64,000 nt of DNA from a virus: positions 96,001 through 160,000 of IMG/VR virus record IMGVR_UViG_3300038415_000014. One strand, given 5' to 3'. Of the stretch, positions 37,446 to 45,867 are shown piece by piece (the first letter of the stretch is position 1; the number at the start of each line of letters is the position of its first letter). The notes under the pieces were generated by a model that had not been told where the DNA came from, did not search any database, and saw only the letters and a program-made list of their open reading frames with translations. A program made the translations under genes and the position numbers.

Positions 37446-38942
37446 TCAGTGATAGTCTTCTCGGTACAAGTCTTGTTGGTCGTTGCGATAGTCGTGAGCA
37501 TCAGATTTCCACTTGACGTATGGTACATCTTGCTGTTCGAAGTTCTGACCCACGTTAGGAGTCACATCCCTATCATGGTCAAAAGTCACCCCACCCCCAT
37601 TGTCTCCGGGCAACTCAGAGTCAGCAAACATGTGCTCCTGGTTGTGTGAGGGCCTGGGTGTTATAGGGGCTTGAGGAGATGGAAAGTTCATCTCCGGGAG
37701 GCCAGAGGTACCGTGGTGGTGCACGTTGAATTGATTGCCCTTATTGCCATCGTAGTAATCGCTACGGGCAGCAGGGTCGGGGCCGTCAAAAGGGAGGCCA
37801 GACTCCGCTATTGATGCCCACACATCACTCGGGGACAACCTGTCATCGAAGGGGGTTGATCCGCTCTCGGGGTCATGCATGACTCCCTTTGGATCACTAG
37901 GTAGCCCACTCTGAGGGCCATAGACTCCACGCCCATCAGGCGCTGTAGTCCCATAGCCCTCTGAGCCCTCACCCTTGGCGCCATACCCGAGACCAAAGTC
38001 GTTGGCCTCTCCGTGGGTATCATCATCCGAGGGGAGAGATGAACCGCCCCAAACAAGGGACGACCCTGCAGATCGACTTGTGTCGTTCTCCCAGGGGGTT
38101 GTATAGATGTACTCGTCGCCTACGCCTTCAGACTTGCCCCACTCATCATCGACGGTTGGCTCATCCTTGTTGTAGGACCCCTCTGGACCCGTCTGCTCCC
38201 CGCGGTCAAGATGGTCAACACGTGGACCAGGCAGGGTATTTACAGGTAGGGATGAGTTGGCTACTCTCTGGATGAAAGGCGCCTTCCAGTCCCTTGCTTG
38301 CTTTACTTTGAATACATCACCCGCGGGGGTTGGCTCGCTTGTCTCTTGCGCTCCCCCACCAGGCATCTTTGAGGCATCAGAATCCTTGGACTTCTCATCC
38401 CGAATACGATCAACCATATTCTTGGTTTTAGGAGACTTCTCAACCTCTTCGACTTCCTTGTCGCCAAAGTCCTCTGGATTCTGTAGTACCTCGTCTGACT
38501 CCTCGATGAGGCCCTCAATTTCTCCGGCCTCTTCAGGGTCAAGGATAGAGACCTCTGGTTGCCAATGCGGGGCATGGATCTCGTCGTGTAGGGTATCAGT
38601 GATCGCTGACAGTAGCTCACAGGCTTGCTGCAGCTGATTACGAACCTCCTTAACCTTGAGTACATAACCCTTGCCGCCAAGCATCCCATCAGGGGAGATA
38701 CTCGCAGACTTGATGCGTGCAAACTCTCTATACGCTGTTAGTGAGTGACCGAGAGCAACCGAGGCTGCAAACAAGGTGCGAGCCAGAGGCTTCAAAGCGG
38801 TCTGGTCATACTGATGCCCTTTGGGGATATCTCGCTTGCCACCCTCACCAAAACCATCAGGTTTTTGATTTGGTTGGGGCGGGGGAAGAGGTAAACCCTC
38901 TTCCCTAGCAATGATTACCCTGACCTTTTCACGATTGTTCAA
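37446..38942 (-). CDS. Hypothetical acidic low-complexity head-module protein
   Basis: 498 aa; repeated S-x-L-P motifs; GGAGGA RBS. Confidence 0.55.
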   Translation of the reverse strand: MNNREKVRVIIAREEGLPLPPPQPNQKPDGFGEGGKRDIPKGHQYDQTALKPLARTLFAASVALGHSLTAYREFARIKSASISPDGMLGGKGYVLKVKEVRNQLQQACELLSAITDTLHDEIHAPHWQPEVSILDPEEAGEIEGLIEESDEVLQNPEDFGDKEVEEVEKSPKTKNMVDRIRDEKSKDSDASKMPGGGAQETSEPTPAGDVFKVKQARDWKAPFIQRVANSSLPVNTLPGPRVDHLDRGEQTGPEGSYNKDEPTVDDEWGKSEGVGDEYIYTTPWENDTSRSAGSSLVWGGSSLPSDDDTHGEANDFGLGYGAKGEGSEGYGTTAPDGRGVYGPQSGLPSDPKGVMHDPESGSTPFDDRLSPSDVWASIAESGLPFDGPDPAARSDYYDGNKGNQFNVHHHGTSGLPEMNFPSPQAPITPRPSHNQEHMFADSELPGDNGGGVTFDHDRDVTPNVGQNFEQQDVPYVKWKSDAHDYRNDQQDLYREDYH

Positions 38943-38953
38943 GGTTCCTCCAA

Positions 38954-39220
38954 TTAGGCCTTAAGAGGCGCCCCGGTATCGTCAAAGGTTCTTTCAACAA
39001 ATAAGCCGCCGTCACCTTGCCTCCGAATAGTCCACAAGTCCCGAGTAGACTTGTGAATTAGCTCGTCAGCAGAGAGACGAATGAATGAACTGAGGTCTTG
39101 AATGGATGCCACCCTCTGTCGAAAAGGGGTCACCATATGGGCATTGCGCGCCAGGAAGCAATCCAATCCGGTTGAGGGCTGCACCTCGAAACTGCTAATA
39201 TCAAAATCTCGGTCTGACAT
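38954..39220 (-). CDS. Hypothetical small protein
   Basis: Start moved to MSDRDF (39220), GAGGG RBS. Confidence 0.5.
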   Translation of the reverse strand: MSDRDFDISSFEVQPSTGLDCFLARNAHMVTPFRQRVASIQDLSSFIRLSADELIHKSTRDLWTIRRQGDGGLFVERTFDDTGAPLKA

Positions 39221-39227
39221 TCTACCC

Positions 39228-40133
39228 TCACGTAATAACAAGTTGAATCTCAACGTCTACATAGTTGTTGGAGCTATAGCCAATAATGCGCAGCTTTTCT
39301 GAGTAAGTCCCCTGCAACATCCCATTAGGAGGTTGGACGGAGACTGTGATAGCCTCGCTTTCACCTGACTGAAGGGTACCCTCAGATGGTAGCCAGCTAC
39401 GTAACCAGTTCCCACAGAGGCCTGTGAGAGCCCTGATGTCATAGCCTAGAACTGAGCCCAATGGGCCTGCGTTGCTGACATTGAAGGTCTGAGTTGGGAT
39501 TGCTGGGTATTGCCCATTGAGGGGGCGAACCACATTGAAGGTGACCAGAGCTATACTTGATGCAATGACCGCCTTTGGACGAACGTTGACAAGGACTGGG
39601 ATTGTCTGCGGGTTGTTCGTGGCCATTGGGTCCTGAACCACCACTGACTCAGGGTATGGGCTGCTGGCTGCCAACAACCCAGTAGAGTCCACCTCAACTA
39701 TGAAGTCACCACTCTCATTGACAGCCAACCCGCCAACCGTGGAGGGGCTGACCTTGACGAAGGCGGCCGATGAGGTGAGGCTAGCGCCAAGGATTGATCC
39801 AAAGACCCCACTGTTAGTGACGATGACTGACTGAGGGTCTGAGTACCCACGACCTTCGTCGACCTCGAACACGAGCGAGTTTGGAGGTCCAATGAGTATA
39901 GCCGGAGAAAAGTTGGACTTCAGCTCTACGATGCTATCAGACATCGCCTGAACGACCTCACCCGGGATCGGAATCGAGTCCCTCAAAAGGCCATAAGGCG
40001 ACTTGATATCCCGAACCTGATAGGCAGGGATTGATTGAGAGACGTCCATTCGAGTAGTCCAGAACCACTTTCCAGCTGGAACTAGATACTCAAATTGGTA
40101 GTCGTGAAATCGGAGGTTCTGTACGAGTGGCAA
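39228..40133 (-). CDS. Protein with two BACON/Ig-like domains, probable virion protein
   Basis: FVKVSPST...IVEVDSTGL...ATNNPQTIPVLVNV and a second WLRSW...ITVSVQP unit. Confidence 0.55.
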   Translation of the reverse strand: MPLVQNLRFHDYQFEYLVPAGKWFWTTRMDVSQSIPAYQVRDIKSPYGLLRDSIPIPGEVVQAMSDSIVELKSNFSPAILIGPPNSLVFEVDEGRGYSDPQSVIVTNSGVFGSILGASLTSSAAFVKVSPSTVGGLAVNESGDFIVEVDSTGLLAASSPYPESVVVQDPMATNNPQTIPVLVNVRPKAVIASSIALVTFNVVRPLNGQYPAIPTQTFNVSNAGPLGSVLGYDIRALTGLCGNWLRSWLPSEGTLQSGESEAITVSVQPPNGMLQGTYSEKLRIIGYSSNNYVDVEIQLVIT

Positions 40134-40178
40134 GGCAGTCCTCTAACTGCCTGGCGTACAAGTAAAAGCTCAACAGGG

Positions 40179-40820
40179 TCACATCCCTGACAACTCGTCA
40201 CCACCACGATTTTCCCATTGAGGAAGTTTAACGGCTCGGAGGATGTTGAAGTTCTTGCTGGCTATAGAGGAAAACACCTTGAAAAGTGGTTCAAAGCTTA
40301 TGTCCTCAGTGGCTTTCTTCTCAAGTAGCTTTACTGCCCCGAAGAATCGATGTCTCACCCGACCCTGAGTGAGCCCTAGCTGCATTGCTACCTCACTTTG
40401 GCAAGTGGTCTTCCACATACCAACAAGTATATCAACGTCAATCTGTTTCAGAGGTACGAAAGGCAGGTTGTACCGCATCTCTACTTCGGTAATCTGTGGT
40501 ATGGACAATAAGAACTTGATCCTCTGAAGTCCACGATCCAATCGATAGCTTATTGCCGCCTGTGTGACATCGAAGATCTCAGCTATGTCAGCTTGGCGCT
40601 TCTTTTGGATGTAGTACAGCTCGATAAGGTCAGCTTCTCTCTCAGGTATCCTGTCTAGTAGTGGCTTGACCTGAGTTTCAAAGTGCATCGAGGAGAGGAT
40701 TGACGCAACTCGCTCTTCGTCCACCTCTTCAATGGGCTCGTCAAATAGTGGCTCTGGAGATGCGAAGCGGTTTGCCAACTCTGCCGGGTCAACCGAGATC
40801 GTAAAACCAGTGCTACCCAT
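40179..40820 (-). CDS. Transcription factor with two sigma70 region-4-like HTH domains
   Basis: IPEREADLIELYY...RQADIAEIFDVTQAAISYRL and CQSEVAMQLGLTQGRVRHR. Confidence 0.65.
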   Translation of the reverse strand: MGSTGFTISVDPAELANRFASPEPLFDEPIEEVDEERVASILSSMHFETQVKPLLDRIPEREADLIELYYIQKKRQADIAEIFDVTQAAISYRLDRGLQRIKFLLSIPQITEVEMRYNLPFVPLKQIDVDILVGMWKTTCQSEVAMQLGLTQGRVRHRFFGAVKLLEKKATEDISFEPLFKVFSSIASKNFNILRAVKLPQWENRGGDELSGM

Positions 40821-40826
40821 AATACC

Positions 40827-42680
40827 TCAACTAGTCTTAGTGAATCCAGCCCCCGCGGGGGTATTGAAGAAAGTGGAGATCAAGGTCTCAGGTTGAATAG
40901 AACACTGCTTTAGAGCTTCAAAAGCACCATCAAAGTCAAGAGCTGCCTCCGTAGTTTGGTAGTCCAGGTCCGATCGAAGAGCCATTAGGTCCACGTTTAA
41001 CCGAGCTTGTTTCTCGAAGCTTCTAATTTTCTCGTATTGTGTCTTGGTAACCCCAGCTAAGCTTGAAGAGTAGACGCCGCTAATAGACCCGTGGGTCATC
41101 AATAGAGCTGCAAGGATCTTCCGGGGTACCCTTGGTACCCCTGGCAGGTTATCTGAGGTGTCCCCCGAGAGAGCTCGAAGGTGAACCATCAACCTAGGTG
41201 GGACCCCGTACTCTGACACAACTCTATCGGGGTCGTAAAGGGTCTCAGGTCGACTTCCTTGCTTGGGTACCAAAAGTAAGTCAGTATAGGTAACCAACTG
41301 TAAGAAGTCTCGGTCTGTAGAGACTATGATGTTGTGTCTACCTTCTAGCTTATTCTTCAGTAGACAAGCTATTATGTCGTCTGTTTCCTCATCAGGGTTA
41401 TGGACTTGTGTGATTCCAAACATTGGAAGTATTGACTGTAGTCGAGACATCTCATCATGAGTACTCTGGCTATGCTCTGGTCTACCAGCCTTGTACTCCG
41501 GGTACATGACAACCCTACGTTGCTTTGAGCCGTCCCACACCACATATAGGTTGGCCCTATCAAAACGCTTCTTGAAGGCGGCTAGGCTGCGCAAAAAGCC
41601 AAATACAAGAGCAGTCGAGCGACCCTCACTATCAGTTAGTTGGTCAGGAATGTTTCTGAGTGCGTTGATAACCCTGTACGCTAGATTGTGGCCGTCGAAT
41701 ACGATGTTGTTAGCCATATCTGGATTCCAATCTGGTATGTATCTCTCAAGCCTGTCGCACTCAGCTTGGATCTGAGAGAATCTGGATAGAAAGCTATCAA
41801 GCAACCCTAATGAAGCTGATTTCCCAGTCAGCAACCTCACATCGGGTACTCGAATCAGGGGTAAGTAAAAGAAGAACCCTGATCTGTCTATATACGAGTT
41901 CATTTGCTGAACTCTGGTGAACTTGCCTAGTATGGACTCACCATCGTGATTGCAGAAAACTCCTGGTGATTGTGGGTCCACCAACAACTTCTTGCCCCTC
42001 CGGAAGACCCCGAGCCATGAGTTGATCAGACCGTACTTGTGATGCAGCCCTCTAATAGGTTCAATTGGATCAAGTAGGTGCTGGGACGGAATCCGAGCCC
42101 GATCAATGTATTGACGAATACGGTTCAATTTAGTGAGGAACGGTGAGTTGTATTGTTGGTCCTCGCTCACAGTGGACACGTACTTCAGAAAACTCCTGGG
42201 TAGAGTGATCAGGGCCTGCTTTGATCTGAGCTTGATGTATACCTGGACGGCATTGTTCTCCGGGATATTCTCGACTACCTTACCGACAATCCCACTATAG
42301 GCGCCACTCATCACCAATACATCATCGTCAACTTCGATCCCTTGTTCAGTCTCCACATGAAGCTGAAGGCGCATCTGATCGATAGAGTTGTCAGGTACAG
42401 CTGATATTTTGCGCACCCTATGGTCAAAGACAGTTAGAACCGATGCAATGTACTTCGATCCCTCCAACTTGAAGTACACTTGGTCTGACTGAGTGCGACG
42501 AACGAAGATGTAGTTCTCGATTAGCTTGTAGACTGACCGAGTATGGCCGCGCGTAATGATAGAAGCCGGAACGAACACGTCCTTCAAGCTCTTGATGGAC
42601 TTCCCAATGGACTTTCTCAGTACCTCTGGGTCTTCATCCTCACCTTGAGGGCTAAGTTCTAGTACAACCCACTCAGCCAT
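40827..42680 (-). CDS. NusG-like (NGN+KOW) fused to a 5'-3' exonuclease/flap endonuclease
   Basis: N-terminal EWVVLEL...VFVP...NYIFV...V.VMSGAYSGIVGKV...V.IKL; C-terminal IVFDGHNLAYR, VVWDG, YPEYKAGR, ETDDII, STDRDFLQL, LSGDTSDNLPGV; start 42680 (GAGGGGG RBS). Confidence 0.8.
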   Translation of the reverse strand: MAEWVVLELSPQGEDEDPEVLRKSIGKSIKSLKDVFVPASIITRGHTRSVYKLIENYIFVRRTQSDQVYFKLEGSKYIASVLTVFDHRVRKISAVPDNSIDQMRLQLHVETEQGIEVDDDVLVMSGAYSGIVGKVVENIPENNAVQVYIKLRSKQALITLPRSFLKYVSTVSEDQQYNSPFLTKLNRIRQYIDRARIPSQHLLDPIEPIRGLHHKYGLINSWLGVFRRGKKLLVDPQSPGVFCNHDGESILGKFTRVQQMNSYIDRSGFFFYLPLIRVPDVRLLTGKSASLGLLDSFLSRFSQIQAECDRLERYIPDWNPDMANNIVFDGHNLAYRVINALRNIPDQLTDSEGRSTALVFGFLRSLAAFKKRFDRANLYVVWDGSKQRRVVMYPEYKAGRPEHSQSTHDEMSRLQSILPMFGITQVHNPDEETDDIIACLLKNKLEGRHNIIVSTDRDFLQLVTYTDLLLVPKQGSRPETLYDPDRVVSEYGVPPRLMVHLRALSGDTSDNLPGVPRVPRKILAALLMTHGSISGVYSSSLAGVTKTQYEKIRSFEKQARLNVDLMALRSDLDYQTTEAALDFDGAFEALKQCSIQPETLISTFFNTPAGAGFTKTS

Positions 42681-44085
42681 TTCCCCCTCTACTCCAGAGT
42701 TCTGCAAACCCTCGTCGCCAAGCTTCGTGAGTTATCAGTTCTCTTTCATTCGAGGTGGATCCATTGTGTATGAGGCTAAACTTCTTCCTTTTACCAGGGT
42801 TAGCCTCTGATATGACATGGGTATCATAGATGGTCATCGCCCGCGGGTCGTCCGAGCCTAAGTTACCAATAGCTAGGCTGTCACTACTGGGAGGCTCCTC
42901 AGTCTCGACTACCGGAGATGGTTTGACTTCCACGGGCTTGCTAGGGGGCGAGGGTGAGGCAGCCAACGGTACCTGAGCTGCCACCGGTGCAGGTGATACC
43001 TGCGGGACCGAAGCTAGAACTACCGGTTGATGAGCAACAGTTGGTACCCTAACCCCAGAAAAAGCCAGGGTGGTTAGGTCACAAATCAAGCTGACCTGAG
43101 TGACGTACCTAGATCTTAGAAAATAGCCGGAAATCTCAATGAGCTTCAACCCATGCAGCTCGTAGGCCTTCTTCGCTAGCTCCCTATCAGTAAACGAAAA
43201 GTCTACCCCTAGCCCATTAGCCAGCCTGAATGCATTCATCGCGGCTTCAGATAGCCCCGAGGCTACCTCTTCGGCAGTAACCCGCTCACAGGCTTGGTCA
43301 GTAAGCTGCAAGGCATTCTTGAGGTCAGTCGACAGACTGATGAGGATTTGATAGTAAGTAGAAACAACCGACAGATTGAGGTGCTCCCGGACATTGTCCA
43401 AGGTAACTGGACCAATCTGAGCGATCATCTCAAGCCGACTCACTACGTCTCGGACATGACCCCCAGCGTAGTCGATGATCGTTAGAACCCCATCATCTTC
43501 GTATTCAACCTTCTCAGCTTCAAGGATGTGTTTCATCCTTACCAGAATGTCATCACGGGTGACCTTCCGGATACCATACTCCTCGCACCGGGATCTGATG
43601 GCCCCACGGACCTTCTCGGGCTCCGTAGTGCAAAACATTCCGATCATCTTGCGCTCTTCCAGAGGCTTTAGTAGGACGTCCTGAGCATCCTTGCTCATCC
43701 GATGGCATTCATCGAACAAGAATATCCGCTTGTCCGCCCCCACAATAGTGAAAGGAAGACTGTCCACAATCCTTCGAATCTGGTCGATACCACCTTGGCT
43801 AGCAGCATCCTTCTCGGAGAAGGCCACTGAAGAGTCATTCAGGATGGATCTGCAACTCTCACACTGGTTGCAGGGCTCCGGATTGCTCTTGTCCAGATTC
43901 TCGCAAAGCATCGCCCGAGCATAGATTCGAGCTAAGGTAGTCTTACCCTGACCACTACCACCGCTGAAAATGTAGCTGGTGTCAAGCGCAGTCCCATTCC
44001 TGAGCCGAGCTTTCAGTAGTTGAACAGTACCCTCTTGACCTAGGACATCAGCGAAGGTCAATGGACGATAAGTGGTATCCCACAC
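42673..44085 (-). CDS. dnaX: DNA polymerase III gamma/tau (clamp loader)
   Basis: YRPLTFADVLGQ, GGSGQGKTT, Cys cluster LC...PCNQCESC, FDECH, SRC motif. Confidence 0.92.
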   Translation of the reverse strand: MWDTTYRPLTFADVLGQEGTVQLLKARLRNGTALDTSYIFSGGSGQGKTTLARIYARAMLCENLDKSNPEPCNQCESCRSILNDSSVAFSEKDAASQGGIDQIRRIVDSLPFTIVGADKRIFLFDECHRMSKDAQDVLLKPLEERKMIGMFCTTEPEKVRGAIRSRCEEYGIRKVTRDDILVRMKHILEAEKVEYEDDGVLTIIDYAGGHVRDVVSRLEMIAQIGPVTLDNVREHLNLSVVSTYYQILISLSTDLKNALQLTDQACERVTAEEVASGLSEAAMNAFRLANGLGVDFSFTDRELAKKAYELHGLKLIEISGYFLRSRYVTQVSLICDLTTLAFSGVRVPTVAHQPVVLASVPQVSPAPVAAQVPLAASPSPPSKPVEVKPSPVVETEEPPSSDSLAIGNLGSDDPRAMTIYDTHVISEANPGKRKKFSLIHNGSTSNERELITHEAWRRGFAELWSRGGNG

Positions 44086-44097
44086 TTTTACGACCTT

Positions 44098-44589
44098 TTA
44101 TTCGTTGGCTGCCGCTTGAAGCTCGTTCTCTTCGGTTTCGTCAGTCATGAAGCTCAGGTCCAGAGATTGCGCAACATGCGTGAAGTTGGAGAGGTCCTCT
44201 GTCCAAGCACCATGGCGCCGAAGTATCGAGCTGAATTCGTACACATCAGGCTCTCGGGTCTTCCACTTCATCTCCGCCGTCTGTTCATCCTCTTCACCAG
44301 TGCAGCGTTCGAGCAAGTGATCAACTAGGGCTGTCCTACGAGGGGCATCCAGCTCGTTCCAGATGTCGAGTGGGATGTCCATCAAGAAGTCCGGGTTGCC
44401 CTCCATGAGGAACTTCTGAAGATCACTCATCTTTTTCACGGTACCCAGTACCGACTTGCCACCACGTTTGGTGTGTTGTTCCCTGAAGATGTATCGGAAC
44501 TTGGCCTCAGCCAACTCCGGATGATGGGTACCAATAAGGCTGTTGGCGATCGTCTCAACAGCCTGAGCTTCTTCATAGGTCTGCGCCAT
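44098..44589 (-). CDS. Phage metallopeptidase-like fold, apparently inactive
   Basis: Family-like HHPEL...VLG...PDF...W...ALVDH; HExxH replaced by HLLER. Confidence 0.55.
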   Translation of the reverse strand: MAQTYEEAQAVETIANSLIGTHHPELAEAKFRYIFREQHTKRGGKSVLGTVKKMSDLQKFLMEGNPDFLMDIPLDIWNELDAPRRTALVDHLLERCTGEEDEQTAEMKWKTREPDVYEFSSILRRHGAWTEDLSNFTHVAQSLDLSFMTDETEENELQAAANE

Positions 44590-44591
44590 AG

Positions 44592-45299
44592 CTACTCCCT
44601 AATCTGATTCATGAGATACAACTTGAGTTGGTCATCACCCCAAGCTTCCCAAAGGTTACCTGGGTCTTTCACAGGCTTCCCATTGGGTAGGATGACACCA
44701 CGCGGGTAGTCCAAAGTTTGAAGGTGTTCGAAGTCCGAACGATACTCTCCGGTGAATTCTCTGCAGGCAGATCTTCCAGTTGAATCCGCATCGTAGAACA
44801 AGTACACCTTATGGACAAGTCTGAACAACCAGCGTAATAAAGACTCAGTAATTCTAGCGGTCATTGTACTAATTGTGTATGGGAATACCCTTTGAACTGG
44901 GAACAAGTCAAAAGCACCTTCCACAATACACACAGATCCCGTACTCCACAGATGAGGGATGGCTTGGCTCAACCCAAAAAGTACTGGCTCGTCCCGTACC
45001 AAGAAGTAATCCAAGTACCCCTTGTTGGACTGGTCAACAGACCTAAATTGGAAACCCATGACCATCCCGAGCGGGTTGGTCAACGGGAGTACAAATGAGT
45101 CCTTCAGCTTCTTCCCACCATGCGCCCAGTCGCTAAAGGCAGGGTCAACCCCAGCCGGCAAAGTACCGTTCAAGTACCCAAGCTTGAACTCTTTGATTTG
45201 ATCTGGTTCGGAAGAAACACCTCGGGACCAAAGAGCCTCGTACACCCTGTCGTCGAGGTTACCCTGCGCATACGAAACTAGATCATCAGCCCAACTCAT
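44592..45299 (-). CDS. dnaG: DnaG-like primase core (TOPRIM) lacking the zinc-binding domain
   Basis: SRG...LGY, VLPL...G...FQFR, LFGL, IVEGAFD, FYDAD, KDP. Confidence 0.72.
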   Translation of the reverse strand: MSWADDLVSYAQGNLDDRVYEALWSRGVSSEPDQIKEFKLGYLNGTLPAGVDPAFSDWAHGGKKLKDSFVLPLTNPLGMVMGFQFRSVDQSNKGYLDYFLVRDEPVLFGLSQAIPHLWSTGSVCIVEGAFDLFPVQRVFPYTISTMTARITESLLRWLFRLVHKVYLFYDADSTGRSACREFTGEYRSDFEHLQTLDYPRGVILPNGKPVKDPGNLWEAWGDDQLKLYLMNQIRE

Positions 45300-45867
45300 G
45301 TGACTCGATTACCGCTAAAGTCTTGTCTACGTTGTAAAGTTGGAGGCCAACATAGTCTCCAACCCTTACATAGACACCTAAAGCCGGTGCATCGGTAACT
45401 AAGATCGCACATTTATCTGGCAGGTCAGTTGACATGAGTTGCAAGCCTTCGACCCTGCCATGTTGAACCCCCTCTTCATCTGTGAACCGACTGATGACTC
45501 CCCTTGGGAGAACCAAGCTCCTCGGCTTGAATCGAGAGGCTCTCATGGATTCAATAGCATCCCCTACAGAATCAAACCGATTACCCCACCCGCGTTCGAT
45601 AGTTAAAATCAAGGTCTGACGAACCAAGGTAGTCAGTAAGGATGGCTCCTCCTCCAAGGTGCAAGGAGAAAAACCGAATCTAGCCATCCCCTCCTTGTTC
45701 TTGTGAGTCGTAACAAACTGACCGCGCGCATTGGTAACAAGGATTGGATCAAGTCCGTCAGCTACCCCTCGCTCTGACATCGCCGGGACAGAAAATCCTG
45801 CCCCAGGGTTGCTCCTGGGACGAATCCGTTCCGTGGCTAATAGGTACGGGAATATCGAGAAGTTCAT
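45286..45867 (-). CDS. Hypothetical; C-terminal half resembles the capsid A-domain
   Basis: GLQLMSTDLP...LVTDAPALGVYVR vs MCP GAQIITSRLVP...IASEPENFGRFPVR. Confidence 0.45.
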   Translation of the reverse strand: MNFSIFPYLLATERIRPRSNPGAGFSVPAMSERGVADGLDPILVTNARGQFVTTHKNKEGMARFGFSPCTLEEEPSLLTTLVRQTLILTIERGWGNRFDSVGDAIESMRASRFKPRSLVLPRGVISRFTDEEGVQHGRVEGLQLMSTDLPDKCAILVTDAPALGVYVRVGDYVGLQLYNVDKTLAVIESHELG

